A DNA stretch of 63,001 nt, filler included, from Choristocarpus tenellus KU-1152 (GCA_964200185.2; 10 parts of 10 records of this genome joined end to end with filler, not necessarily neighbours in it), one strand, 5' to 3'. Shown: positions 1 to 12,276, counted from the whole stretch's first letter. The notes: generated by a model from the letters alone, not told the origin. Translations and numbers: made by a program.

Positions 1-271
1 CAAGTGACTCTATATCTACTCCTGTGAAACTCCCCACCCCTCGAACTTCTTTAGGAGGAGGAAGGGTCATGTTCCCGTCACACTCTCTCAGCAAGGCCTT
101 GCTGGGGAAGACGTTTTTTGGAAAGCAGGCAAAACAGTATCTGTTTTCCAGTCATCCCGAACAACCTCATACAGGCCTTGCTGAGAGAGTGTGACGGGAA
201 CATGACCCTTCCTCCTCCTAAAGAAGTTCGAGGGGTGGGGAGTTTCACAGGAGTAGATATAGAGTCACTTG
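1..271. repeat. Perfect 99-bp inverted repeat (arms 1-99 and 173-271, 73-nt spacer); may extend past the window edge
   Basis: 173-271 is the exact reverse complement of 1-99 (caagtgactc...gcaaggcct / aggccttgc...gagtcacttg). Confidence 0.9.
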
Positions 272-299
272 AGGGGTGGAGATGTCGAGCAAATCATGG

Positions 300-2380
300 T
301 CAACGCTGATCTGGAGATTTGTTGCACACAAACGAGTTGCTATGCCATCCAACTTCCTCCAGTCCACAGGAATAACAGAGCAACATAGTGGCCCTAATAG
401 AGACAAACAAGTAAACACCGCAGATCCTTACGATATGAGAGGTCTGACTGTCTTCTTCACTGTCTCCAGTACGACCAGGACTTCGATTGCGACTCAATCT
501 GCCTTATTCTCGCCGGACGTCACCTGAGCGTGGAGTTTGGAGTTGATTCTGGCAGCATGTACACTCGCTGCGCGAACTGCCTCGGAGAGATTGGTGGCGC
601 CGTTAATGGCCTCTACCATGTTCCGAAAAGCGTTGAGAAGACAAACAGCAATGGCCCTCTTGGTGCGTTTGTGGCCATCCCAGTGGTTGACTTTGGATGC
701 TTGGCCAATGGAGGCATTGGGAGCCTCATGGTGAGCAGTAAACTTCATCGTGAGGACCTGTGTTGGGGGTAGTTGGGCGTATTCATAGGGATGTGGGATG
801 GTACAAAGGGGTACAATCAGGGCGACGGAAGGGACAGGTCAGGCACCAGAAGGGAGCAGGTGGGTCGGGTGTGGTTACAACGCAAAATTAACTTTGTCAT
901 ACTTATGGAAGCAAACGATAGTGCGGCACTGTTCTATATGGTATCTGATCCACTCGTCAACCTCCCTGGGGGTGGGGCTGCGGGGATGAAGATCGAAAGG
1001 CTTGCGGTCACCTTTTGGAGTAGTAACATCAATTTCTCTTCGAGGTAGAACACTAGAAGGAAATAAAAGGTGATCATTGGCACGAGGACGGAAGGCAGCC
1101 CGTAGAACAGTTTCCGTGACTGTGAGTAGGTTGCCGGAAATCGTGCTGGAGACGAAAAGAGGACCAAAGGCCCGCATAACCCATTGGGGTATCTCCATTA
1201 GAGCTAGAGGTTTGGATGTCAGAGAGTTGGACACACTTGCTATTCGCTCCAACTGTGACGTGGGGTGCAAAGGTCCTCAGATGTCTGGAGCAACGACAGG
1301 TGTGTCAAAGGAAGGCATATCTCCCCATATGAAACATTTTCTTCTGAGTTGGAACGTTCCTGTACAAGAAAAGAAAAGATGACACCAAACAATCTACTCG
1401 GAAACACCTACTACTCTATTTACTTCTATGTTACATATTATCGTGGAATATGGTATAATTGGTTATTCTTCCGCATACAATATATGATATGTTTGTAGTA
1501 TTCTTCTGTGGTACAGTGTTACAGCTACTTGTACTCATTTTGCCGTGTATATACTATAGTACAATAAGTACATGTTTTTTTGTACGTCAGTCTGAGAGTA
1601 CCACATCACAGACTCAGTTGTTCTTGAAGGAGTCTGATAGGTGTGTCAAGATTTTACATATCTTCGAAAACGTCATCTTCTAAGTTCAAACGTTCCTGTA
1701 CAAGGAAACACTAGATGACACCACTCTGCTAAGTAAAAATCTGCTACTCTACTTACTATTCTATAGTGTATACTATTATAGCATAATGCTATTCTTTCAT
1801 ACTTTCTCACATACAATATGATACGTAATATTATTCTTCAGACCTAGAATATTATAACTGGTTGTACTCATGATTCTATGCATTTTCTACTACAACAAAA
1901 TACATATATATTATTATTGAGCACATCACTCTGACATATGCCAAATATTCTAACGTATCTTTCTTGGGAAATGTCATCTTCAGGGTTCAAAAGTTCTTGT
2001 GCAAGGAAAAAAAAGACACACCAAACAACATTCTCACCAACATGTACTTCTCTGCTTCTTATTCTATAATATATGATATCGTGGAATATTTTATTCTATT
2101 TTATTCCTGAACATATATGTGTATGTACTGCTTCTACTCAATTCAAACTAGTAGTACCCATTATTCTGTATTATTGTACTGCAGGTCAATCTGATGGTAC
2201 CGCATCCCAGACCTTGAAGGTGTTGAAGAAGGCTGACAGGTGTACCAAAGGAAGGCATACGGGGAACGTTATCTTCTGAGTTCAAACATTCTTGTACAAG
2301 GGAAAAAAATATGACACCAAGCAACCTTCTCACCAACATGTACTGCTCTGCTAATTATTCTACAGTACATGATATCGTGG
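300..2380 (-). pseudogene. Degenerate multi-exon gene of unknown function with short introns and four tandem exon-intron units; possibly TE-borne
   Basis: Repeated acceptors (ttttcttgtacag, tttccttgtacag) are followed by ER(S/L)N(S/L)E(E/D)(N/D)V..DM..(F/L)DTP-like coding. The unit near 1360 runs, with a frameshift and stop, into ORF 875-1270. A further exon (cag|VLTMKFTAHH...LHAQ|gtgacg) lies at about 524-757. Confidence 0.4.
1290..2380. repeat. Four diverged tandem units of about 280-340 bp
   Basis: The motif tcttc(t)gagttc/gaa-gttc(c/t)tgtacaagg-aaa-gacacca recurs near 1340, 1675, 1975 and 2272. Confidence 0.8.
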
Positions 2381-2388
2381 AATAATGG

Positions 2389-2709
2389 TGTCAAGATTGT
2401 GCTTGACTATTTGTGAGAATATGATTTGAAGTATTATTTTATGTATGCACAGTAGATGATGCGGGACATTAATCATATTTAGGGTTAGGGTAATTGATCG
2501 GAAGTAATCAGCGGAATGCTAAAGTCGGAGTGTTTCTGACGTGTACTAGAGAACCGTTGAGTCATTTGGTATTCTGAGTCATTCATTGTTGGGATGTGTG
2601 GGCCCCACCTAGTGAAGGTATCTCACTCTCTTCTCAACTGTGATACAAGCCAATAAACAATAATATAACTGGTTGTGTGGGACAACAGATCGTCAAGGAC
2701 AGCTTAACA
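2389..2709 (+). repeat. Copia 5' LTR
   Basis: tgtcaagatt...gcttaaca, colinear with 6508-6828. Confidence 0.95.
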
Positions 2710-2879
2710 TGCTATAGCAACCCTTTAAGCGTGCTTGCGTAGTTATTATACTTTAGCTATCACCGGGAAGGAGTCAAGATAAACCATGATGCCCTGATCA
2801 AGAGTCGATTCAAGTCTAAACTCCATTGATGACGCGATGGAAGAACCAACTATGACCCAAGGGGGGGCTGAGATGCAAG

Positions 2880-4762
2880 ATGGGACATCAGCTTCACAAG
2901 AGGGCGAGGTTAGGAATGGGGGCTAGACCCGTATTTGCCCCAAAACTAAAGCTATACTCCTCGAAACAACCTGCGTTTAAGGGGGATCCAGGGACGTGGA
3001 GGAAGTGGAGCAAGACATTTCTAACGCACGCTCTCTCATCCGGATGGAGGGAGCCATTAATAACAAAGGAACATCTGAGGGTACTGTCGTTGGAGTTTTC
3101 CCCGGCAGGTGTGGACCTGTATCTGCACCATGCGACGACTTATGCCGTCAATGGACTGCAGGAGGCAATGGAAGGGCCTGCGTTGGACATCGTACTGATG
3201 TACGAGTCACTGAGTGAGGTGTTCGCCGCACTGGTGAAGAATTATGCCCATTCAGGCCAAACAGAGAGAAATCTCATGAAACGGCAATTGATGGACATGG
3301 TGCTGGAACCTGGGGGAGATCCTGCTGACGTCATCTACCGGCAGGAGGCTCTTATAATGGAGTTGAAGAGCTTGGGAGGTACCTTGACAGAGGAAGATCG
3401 AGTGGGTTGGCTACAAAATTCTCTCGGCGAGGAGTATCTGGACACCATGTCCCAGATAGATGATGAGGAATCGGTGGAAGGGAGGACTAAATTGGAAAAA
3501 TTAGACCTTAAAAGATATCGACTGCGCACCATACAGAGAGGGTCGGACTCGGCTGGGGTGAGAGCTGGCGCACTGGTGGCTGGACGGCAATCCAGAAGCA
3601 ATGGTGGTCAACTAAAGTGTTGGGAATGTGGTGGACCTCACTTCTGATCTGGGGGGGGGGTAGCAGCTGTCCGTTTGGGGTCAATTTTTTCAAGTCACAA
3701 TTTTTAGATAATTTGGTTGCAAACATCAGATGGATAATGAAAGTGCACTTTTCCTGGTTTTGGTCCAAATGGACACCCTGATGTAGATAGCCCCCTCCCC
3801 CAGATACTTTGGGTCCCAAGTGTCCTCATATCAAGAAAAAGAAGGCGATCGATGGGGGTACTACATGCTTTGTTTGCGGAGAAAAAGGTCATCAAAGCTT
3901 CAATTGTCCGCAAAGAAAATATGGACCATCAAGGGGTCTGGAATCTTCAAACATCCAAAAGAAGGGGGGGAATGGTTTGAAGAACAAGGGAAGCGGATCA
4001 AAGTTGGATGCTGGCGATGGACAACCGAGACTGGTGGGGTTTTCACTAACAAATCAAGTGAGTTATCTTGCTAGTAAGGTAAAATCACTTCCTCTCAAGA
4101 GGCCATCATGGGTTGAGGTTTGGATTTGGGACGATGGAGCCACACATAATTTTACGACGACCAATAAAAACATGTTTAATTGGGAATCTTGTGATGGAAC
4201 AGTTGCAGTTGGAGGTGGTGGAACACTTAACATTGTGGGGAAGGGGGACATCAAATTGGAATGTGTTCTAAGTGGTAAACTGGAGACTGTTGTATTCACT
4301 AACGTACTTGTGGTGCCTGATCTTGGTGTGAACTTGTATTCTGCCAAGGCTTGCATGCGAGAAGGTCACAGTTTCCGGTCTGTCGACTCCACTAGAATCT
4401 CAACTTTTAGGGACAACGGGGAAAGAAATCTCACCTTCACGTCATTAGGGGAGGAGGAATTATTCTCCCTAGGGATGTGCAGAGTGAGTGTGAGGAATTG
4501 CTCCGATTCTACTGATGTCCCTACCACCGATGCATCGTCCGTTTCTGGCACACCAAGAATTAAATTGGTCCGGAAAACTGCGTCGAGGGGTGTGAATGAG
4601 CTGCACACGCGATTAGGTGATGTTCAACAGGGGTTGGACAGGAAAGATGCTTCGGCGCAGAGCATTTTGTTAACTGGAACATGGAAGCTATCTTGTCGAG
4701 GTTGCCCACTCGGCAAGAGTCATAGGCATCCAATTCCACAGGAGATGGAGAATCGTGCTTAG
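2880..4762 (+). pseudogene. Copia gag-protease-GAG-pre-integrase, interrupted by a MITE at 3646-3815
   Basis: Gag-like ORF ending CWECGGPHF, resuming KCP; second knuckle CFVCGEKGHQSFNCP; protease WIWDDGATHNF...VLVVPDLGVNLYS; LHTRLG...CRGCPLGKSHR. Confidence 0.9.
3646..3815 (+). mobile_element. MITE family A (about 170-210 bp, poly-G/poly-C subterminal tracts), left TIR truncated
   Basis: Ends cccccagatactttgggtc; internal sequence matches the other A copies; splits the gag zinc knuckle. Confidence 0.9.
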
Positions 4763-5439
4763 GTAAAGGGGGAAGATGCTTATGTGGAATCGACTGGAAT
4801 GAATGCAACGTCAGAGGAGGAGGTTGTGATATCTGATGATCTTACCCAGGAGGGGGTTAGAGGAGTCGATTTCACACAGGATGAGACTGGAGGTATTGAC
4901 CTAACCCACGCTGGGGCTGGTGATGCTGGGGCTGGAGATATTGATCTCACTCAAGAGGGTAGTGGAGGCGATGTCGATTGTGGAGGATGGATATTTGGCA
5001 CTACTACATATGTGGATGATACTGTAGCGACGTGGATGTTTCCCCTTGAAGGGGTTGAAGTGAATGCCATAGTCCCAGGAGGGTTTTTGAGGGGGAGGGA
5101 CCCACTCCAAAGATGGCACGGGCAGTTATTGATCCAGGAGGGTCAATAAGTTCAAATGCAGAATTAGAGTCCCCATATATGGATTTTGGGGTAGGGCGTT
5201 TGATGGCTGAGGATGTTGAACCAGGTCTGAGTTGGACTATATATTAGTCCAGTCAAAATGCTTCTAAGAACGCTCTGCTAAGTCCTGTGGTAGCAGGAAA
5301 TGCAATAGGGGTGATGGAGAATAGGGAGTTAGATGAACTATCGAACACTGACATTGATATTATGGACCCAGTGTCACAGCAGGGGAGTGTGAGGAACAAA
5401 ATGCTGCAACATTTGGATCCAAATAATGATCCTACATCT

Positions 5440-6324
5440 GAACCTGGCGAACTAATGGAGGAGCTACCTGGAATTGAGCAGGAATTGAAAATACGAGAGG
5501 CAATGGAGTGAGAAGAATAGTCTTTGTGGAATGGAGCTGTGGACGAGAAAATGGGCGTACAAAACATTCAAAGACTCAGTTTACTTACTCACTAAGGTGG
5601 GACTACATTTTCGACCGGGGCAGATGGATGAAAAAGGGAAAGTACAGAGGTCCAAGGAGGGAGTAGGACGATTGAAAGGGAAAAGGGAATGGAGCAAGAG
5701 GGACCTGTTCCAGACAACTACAGATCTATGATCGGTGGTATCTAAATGTGGGTATCAATCATGAAAAAGGTCCGAGGCAACATCAGCAGTATGGAGCCTA
5801 GTGATGCAGTTTGTAAACCCTACAGTGACGGATTGGAAGTGGGCTGAGAGAGTTATTGGGTAATTGTTGAGGACTAATAAGACATGATTGACCTATGGTG
5901 ATTTCAGTTTTTACGGATCCTTGGCTTCAAGTGCTCAGTATTTTCAGGGACCACTCGCATTTAAATGCAGAAAACTGTTGCTTTATCTACCACTGAGGCC
6001 GAGTATGTGTCGTTGTGTGATTTGGCTAAGGAGGTTATGTTCTTGCAGCAAGTCCAATATTTTTTGGAGCCAATTGTGCACAAGTATTGTATACGATTGT
6101 TTGAAGACAATAGTGGGGCAATCAAGTTGGCTGAGAAGACAGCTTCAGGGGGTAGGACAAAACATGTAGATATCAGATACCATTATGTTAGAAACCTGGT
6201 GAAAGAGGGGAAGGCACAAATTGTGTATGTTAACTCCGGTGAACAACATGGAGATTTGTTCACGACGGCTCTGAGTGGTAATGTGTTTGAATTTCACACT
6301 AGAACTATCATGCACTGTGAGTAA
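5440..6324 (+). pseudogene. Copia RT remnants and RNase H
   Basis: EP...EAME*EE*SLW (RT start); P...WKWAERV (RT end); QKTVALSTTEAEY...FEDNSGAI...RTKHVDIRYHYVR (copia RNase H). Confidence 0.9.
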
Positions 6325-6507
6325 GGGGTAGTGTGCAGATTGAGTTCATTGGGTTCATGATGAATTGTCAGAGCAGGGGAGTGTGTCAAGAGTTTGCTTG
6401 TCCATGTGTGGGATTAAGATTTGAAGTATGCAGGATGAGTTGGTTTCAAGTTGGGTTTTATTGTTGGACTGATTTGATTCTCACTGCATAGTCAGAGCAG
6501 GGGAGTG

Positions 6508-6828
6508 TGTCAAGATTATGCTTGACTATTTGTGAGAATATAATTTGAAGTATTATTTTATGTACGCACAGAAGATAATGCGGGACATTCGGGATTTTTA
6601 GGGTTAGGGTATTTGACCAGAAGTAATCGACGGACTGTTAGAGTCGGAGTGTTTCTGACGTGTACTAGAAAACCGTTGAGTCGTTAGGTATTCTGAGTCA
6701 TTCAATGTTAGGATGTGTGGGCCCCACCTAGTGAAGGTATCTCACTCTCTTCTCAACTGTGATACAAGCCAATAAACAATAATATAACTGGTTGTGTGGG
6801 ACAACAGATCGTCAAAGACAGCTTAACA
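6508..6828 (+). repeat. Copia 3' LTR
   Basis: Follows the PPT and is followed by TSD AATGG. Confidence 0.95.
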
Positions 6829-6859
6829 AATGGTATTCTATTCTATTCTGTATGTATTT

Positions 6860-7342
6860 TATAATTATGCCCTCTGACATTTTGCAGATGTGTCAGGGGG
6901 GAAACCAATAAAAAGTGAGAGTTTATGAAGTAAAATGAGTTTTGTGGGCGGGAGAATTTTGGTTGGCTGGAGGCACAGGATAAGAACGTGGGGGAAAAGA
7001 AAAGAAAGAAATAGGAAGAGAAGGAATAGTTAAGGAAGGAACGAGATAGTTAATGGAAATGAGTGGTAGGTGAAAGCAAAGGAAAGGAGTCAGAAAATCA
7101 GGGGTACAAGACAAGGAGGGGAGAACAAGGCAACCTCTGAGCAAGCTTCTCGCCGGAGTGGATCAAGACATAACCTGAACAATCTTTCTGAAAGCTGGAA
7201 GGGAGAAAGGTCCGAGGGAAGGGGCAGGGATGCTTGAGAAGCGGATACGGAAATGGTAAGAGAAGGTCGACAAGGTAAGGGGGCTGATGAGTGAGACGAT
7301 GAACAACGGTGTGGATAGGTGTAGGGTAGGTAGGGAATACGG
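6860..7342 (-). mobile_element. Probable 3' end of a non-LTR retroelement (stem-loop plus TAA tail)
   Basis: Minus strand ends cccccctgacacatctgcaaaatgtcagagggcataat; the same motif recurs at about 23100, 57410, 57490, 57700 and 61460. Confidence 0.5.
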
Positions 7343-7442
7343 NNNNNNNNNNNNNNNNNNNNNNNNNNNNNNNNNNNNNNNNNNNNTTAATTAATTAANN
7401 NNNNNNNNNNNNNNNNNNNNNNNNNNNNNNNNNNNNNNNNNN
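7343..7442. other. Artificial contig linker N-TTAATTAATTAA-N (also about 16604-16703, 20585-20683, 27830-27929, 37648-37747, 40673-40772, 48316-48415, 51098-51197, 57040-57139)
   Basis: Identical ~100-nt structure with stop codons in all six frames. Confidence 0.97.
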
Positions 7443-8875
7443 GTGGTGAGTTTGGCTGGGGGGGGGGGGAGCAAGGGTTAGGATGGGATGAGAAGAGTGT
7501 GTTAGGGTTAGGGTGGGAAGTGCTTGTCCCAACTCTCGACTCTTGATTTATTTTTATTTTTTTTCGTGTGACAAAGCTGTTTTGACTGAGAAAGGCGACC
7601 CTTTGTAGATATCGACTGCGTTTGTTTTTTGTTGTGAGGAGGGGGGATACCTTAGGAAGGCAATTGTTTAGCTGTTTATTTTGTTCTTTATTTTAGCACT
7701 TTTTTTTTTTCGTCCTTTGTTCTATTTCAAGAGCCTTGTTGACTGCTGCGTGAAGTAGATTGTGTGCTGAAAAAAACGCCGTCTTGGTGGTACCTTGAGT
7801 CATACAAATAAAAAACAAAATGCTGTGCACGGTTTTGGGGAAAGAATGAGAGACTGCAGTGTAGGGAAGTGAATTGATGTTGAGTGTGATATGATCATGT
7901 GTATGTGTGTGTGTTTTGAGTAAACTGATACCCAAGAGGAATGATCCCTGTTCCCTTGGTTGTGCTTCGAAGTTCTAGTATCGAAATGTTGGTAAGGCAG
8001 TGATCCCCCTCCAAGGATGGGGGGGAGAAGGAGGAGCACTACCAATTGCTCTTGACAGACACCAGTATCTATTTAAGCTGCCCTTGGCTCCCAAAGCCAG
8101 ACATATTAGATGCGAGTTGCTTATTATCTTAGGGTTAGGGTAGGTGAGCGTGTTTGTGCATCTTTGCCTTGGTTGTAGTGTATGAGAAGGCAGCAGCACT
8201 AGTATATGCCAAGTGGACTCTGTTTTAATTTAGGTAGAGAAATAGGGGGTAGATTGAGTTATGATAGGTGATACCTATGTGGGTGCCCTGTACTATTGGA
8301 TGAGATGGTCGGTGGTTGCATCAACAAGGACGACTCTGCTATCCGAGACTGGGAGGGCAGATGTCGCATCAGTTCTATCATCCTCTGATATGGTTGTACA
8401 GTTGTGAGGTGTTGTCGTTTGGGCTGAAGACCCGAAGGGCATATTTAGTAAATAAGAAAGGTTAATAAATAAGGTTAGATGAGGTGTTGTCAGTGTTGTC
8501 ATCCCGTAGATGCTATGCTATTCACAGCGAATGATTGGAACTTGCTCTCTGAAGCTGTACTGTCTCCAAGTATTTATGGCCTCTTTATAGGGCCTAACAA
8601 TGTTATACAATATGCTCCAGAGATGCAAGGTGCGCCGCCGCCCACTGTTGGACCGACTTATTTCCCCCCCCCCTGCATTGATTGTTGTTGGGATCTATTT
8701 TAAGATATTTCCAAGCCTGCAAGATCTACTCCGACTTTGGTGCAACAGACAGTATTTACACAACAAGATTTACAACGATTCTATATTCCAGAATGACCCG
8801 ACCCCCACCCCCCCACCTGCTCCCTCCCCGCTCCGCTCTGTACGATGTTAACCTATCTCCATGGACAAATGATAG

Positions 8876-10596
8876 GTCAGTTTCAACACGGCTGTTGCCG
8901 CATGCATTAGCGGAGGCCAGCTAGACCGGGCCCTGGAGCTTGTAAACTGCATGTCCACTGGGACTTGGCCATTTCCTTCCATCTTACCCTCCAGGCTTGG
9001 GGGTAGATCCAGGGATGGGCCGCCTATTGTTCCACCAAAGCCGGACACAGTGACCTTCCACTCACTTATGTCTGGGCTTTCCAACAAGGGAGTGAAAGCA
9101 ACTGAGCATGCAGCGGAGCTGCTGTCTAGGATGCAGGTTTGCCTATATGTTTATACCAATTGTAGGTATCTTTCTCCCTCTCTCTCTCACTTTATCTCAC
9201 TTGAACACAATTAGGCTATAATCCACTAGTCACTACGCTATGTTACCAATGTATCTCTTCTCGGGTGTATTTCCCTCGCCTTGCAGGTTAGTGGAGAGCC
9301 CATCGGTAGGTATTAGGGTTAGGGTTTGTACTATACTGTACCTTATTTTCATAATGTGTTTCAGTGGGACATTAGTTTGATACCAAGGACAAGGTGTTTT
9401 CATGCACTCTTTTTTGCTTGTGTAAAGTTCTCGTTGAAATAGCGTGGCTTGTTTTTGGTATGGTGTGTGTCCACACTTGTTGCTACTACTCTTGTGTTTT
9501 TTCTGTCATCTGTTTTGCCACATGGCCCCCAGAGTCACATCAGCAGAAACACACACTCCCTACAGGACCCGGCTTATATTCCTAGGCTGTGTGTGATGCG
9601 GAATATTCTTGTATATTTGGAGAGAAATTTCAATTTTCCACATGCATGTTTATGGAAGTCATGCAGTTTGTTCTGCGCCAATCCGCTTACTCTCCCTCCT
9701 CCCCCCAAACACTTCCTCCACAAACCCAAGGAGAACTGCGTCGTCACTGAAGAGCTTGCTCTCAACATACAAGCAGTTGCATGTGCACGTTGTGGGGATG
9801 TTGATGGAGCAGCCCGTGCTGCTGCTGGTCTTCGATCAAAGGGTTTGCTTCGCTTGGAATGGTGTGACCACAGTGTATACAACGCAGCTGCCATGGGAAC
9901 TGCCAGGGCAGGGGATGGGGCAGGAGCGATGCAATTGTTAATGGAGATGAGGGAAAAGGTTTGGCAGGGCAATATTTCATGTTTGAGAACTTTTCATGCC
10001 CTTGGAAAAAGCAAAGCTGGTTTGGACATAAAACTTTGGGGCAGGGGGGGATTGATCTCAGGGGGTGGTTTGGGGGTGGGGGGTGCACGAGTATATGTTG
10101 TGGCGTTCTGTTGTTTATGGATTGTGGCAGGTGAGCTTTTTGTGAGGTCAGAGAGAGATTATTGTTTTGTACAGGGTCTTCTCCTCAACTGTATCGTGAG
10201 ACAGTTATAGTACTCTCTACAAGACCCCTGCTGTGTATGTCCAAGGTATTGCCAGAGTAGCATGATGGTCAATGAAAGGTTTCTTGCTGCCTTTACAAGG
10301 TGGGACTGTTTTTCATCAGTCAATACTTCGTATCTGATATATTTAATGGTATGCTAACCCTAACCCTACTCTTTCCTCCTCCCCTCTTGTGAATTTCCTA
10401 TTTCTGCTTGCTGATCCCCCGTCCTATGTTCTCACCCCTCTATGTTTTGCAGGGGATGGCGCCAGACACAGCAGTGTTGGACACAGCCATAGACGCCTGT
10501 CAGGCACAAGGCTCTCTGGCTTCCTTCATTGGAGATGTAGATAGACTTCGTCGACCACCAGTTCAGACACCACAGAACAAGAAGAGGGGAAGATGA
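8876..10596 (+). CDS. Pentatricopeptide-repeat (PPR) protein, 3' exons 8876-9136, 9731-9958, 10453-10596; 5' part not identified
   Basis: Phase-0 AG/GT-bounded exons join in frame: VSFNTAVAAC..GQLDRALEL, KPDTVTFHSLMSGL, VYNAAAMG..RAG..AMQLLMEMREK|GMAPDTAVLDTAIDAC; ends in TGA. Confidence 0.88.
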
Positions 10597-12136
10597 TACG
10601 TGAAGTGGAGTGGGAAATGGTTGTAGTGTCAAGGCTTGAATTAGTTGTGCGCCCCTGCATGTCTCTAGCTGGACCCTACCTATTTCTGTATAGTTCTGGT
10701 GTTCAAAGCACCGTGTCCTGATTTCCTTTTTTTCCAATTTGTGTTCTATTTACCTAGTTTGTTTGGTGATGAGATGTGTTATGTGTGTAGCACGCGTGTG
10801 GTCAATGTTTGTGGATGTCCTACTACAGAGAAAAGCAAGGCCAGATAAAAGGTACAAGGGTGAGTAAGTTGTTGTACCTCTTGTCTGGACATGTGCTTGT
10901 TTCCCCTCATGTGTGTATTTCTTACTATGAAGAGCAAGTGTTTAGGTATTGATGATCAATGCTCATCGAAACTGGTGTAGAAGACCTGTTGGTTACCTAA
11001 CCTGCTTGAAGTATTGTCGTGGGAGTGTTGATCAAGAATTTCCAGTCCCTGTATGAACGGCAGTTTGTGCCTATTGGTACAGGGAGGCTACAGTTACTCA
11101 AGGGTATGTATACTTGTTGCGAAAATGGTGATGGATCTAAAGTTTGAGCCAATGACCATCTGCAAATCAGCGTAACTTTTTTTCATGGTTTTTCCCTTCA
11201 CTCTTTTTTTCTTTTTACGAACCACTTAGACCCGTTCTTGTTTAAATACTGAAAAGTCTGAAATTTCGGCAAGTTTTGGAATGAAACTGTTGTCCGTTGG
11301 AACGGGCCTTTAGTGGTTATGTGTTAGTGTTAGGGCCCTTCAGTCCCTTGTCTTTTTCATAATACTGTATATAAATGATGAAATATATCCGTGGCTAACT
11401 CCAACCATAGTCTGCTGCATAGACCACAAAAAAGTTCCCCTTACTACACATATTGTGCATCATTGAGATCGATTCCTTGAACTGGCGAGGACTGTAGATA
11501 TCTCACCTATTTTTGGTACATGAAATCGTTTGCAAGGCAATCAGAGCAAAGACAAGCGTGATAGCAGTCATTTTGCTCACCTTGAACACTATGCACATGG
11601 GTATCGACAACATAGTAAACACTGAAATTTCTTAACTCGATATGGACTCTCGCAACCCCAAATTATATATTTTTTTAACGTCGTTTTTTGCGAGATGGAA
11701 CTCCAATGGAATTTTTTGTAGACATACTGTAGTTTGTTGGTGGTGGCGAGGTTGTTGAAATGAGGCATTATCCCGTGCAGTGCTGTGTGCGTATGTATGA
11801 TCTGTTGGGATTTTAGTTATGTCGTAACCCTGTGACTCAGTGAAGATAATAATGCCTGTTGTTAGCTTTTTTTGGCATTATCCCACGTGTTTTGTGGTCA
11901 TTTGTGTTTTCTGGACTACGGGTACTGCTCGTACTAGTACTGCCATTATTTCCACCACTATAACAGCAATGACGAAAGTAAGGAGGAAAACAATAGGTGA
12001 TAATAACAATATATGGAGTGGTGTTGGAGGAATGATAGAGGTTTCAGGTCCAGGACCAACACTCACCAGAAAAAGGACTTACCATCTATCGATGCATTCT
12101 GCACTTCATTGATATCACCATGCCTCTCCCAAGCAA

Positions 12137-12276
12137 TCCAGACACACCTTTCATAACGTACACATTTTACCTACTATGAAGTGTTTCGGAGTAGGTAACA
12201 CGTCATAAAAACCCCATGGGAAGTCAAGCCCCAAACAAACAGGGCAAAAGTCGTACCCTCTAAGATACTTTCACTC
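12137..12276 (+). mobile_element. MITE family B, 3' half
   Basis: Ends gtaccctctaagatactttcactc as in 36091-36349. Confidence 0.85.

Larger units (their letters stand above)
2389..6828 (+). mobile_element. Ty1/copia LTR retrotransposon, non-autonomous (integrase core and most of RT deleted)
   Basis: 321-bp TG...CA LTRs; TSD AATGG at 2384-2388 and 6829-6833; PPT agagcaggggag; gag, zinc knuckles, protease, GAG-pre-integrase and RNase H motifs in copia order. Confidence 0.95.

Noticed and set aside
1290-2380. CRISPR-like array
   Set aside because: Units are about 300 bp, homologous along their length and diverged; no cas genes; eukaryotic context.
9449-10210. 253-aa ORF as a complete gene
   Set aside because: Only 9731-9958 is PPR-like and splice-bounded; the rest is open intron.
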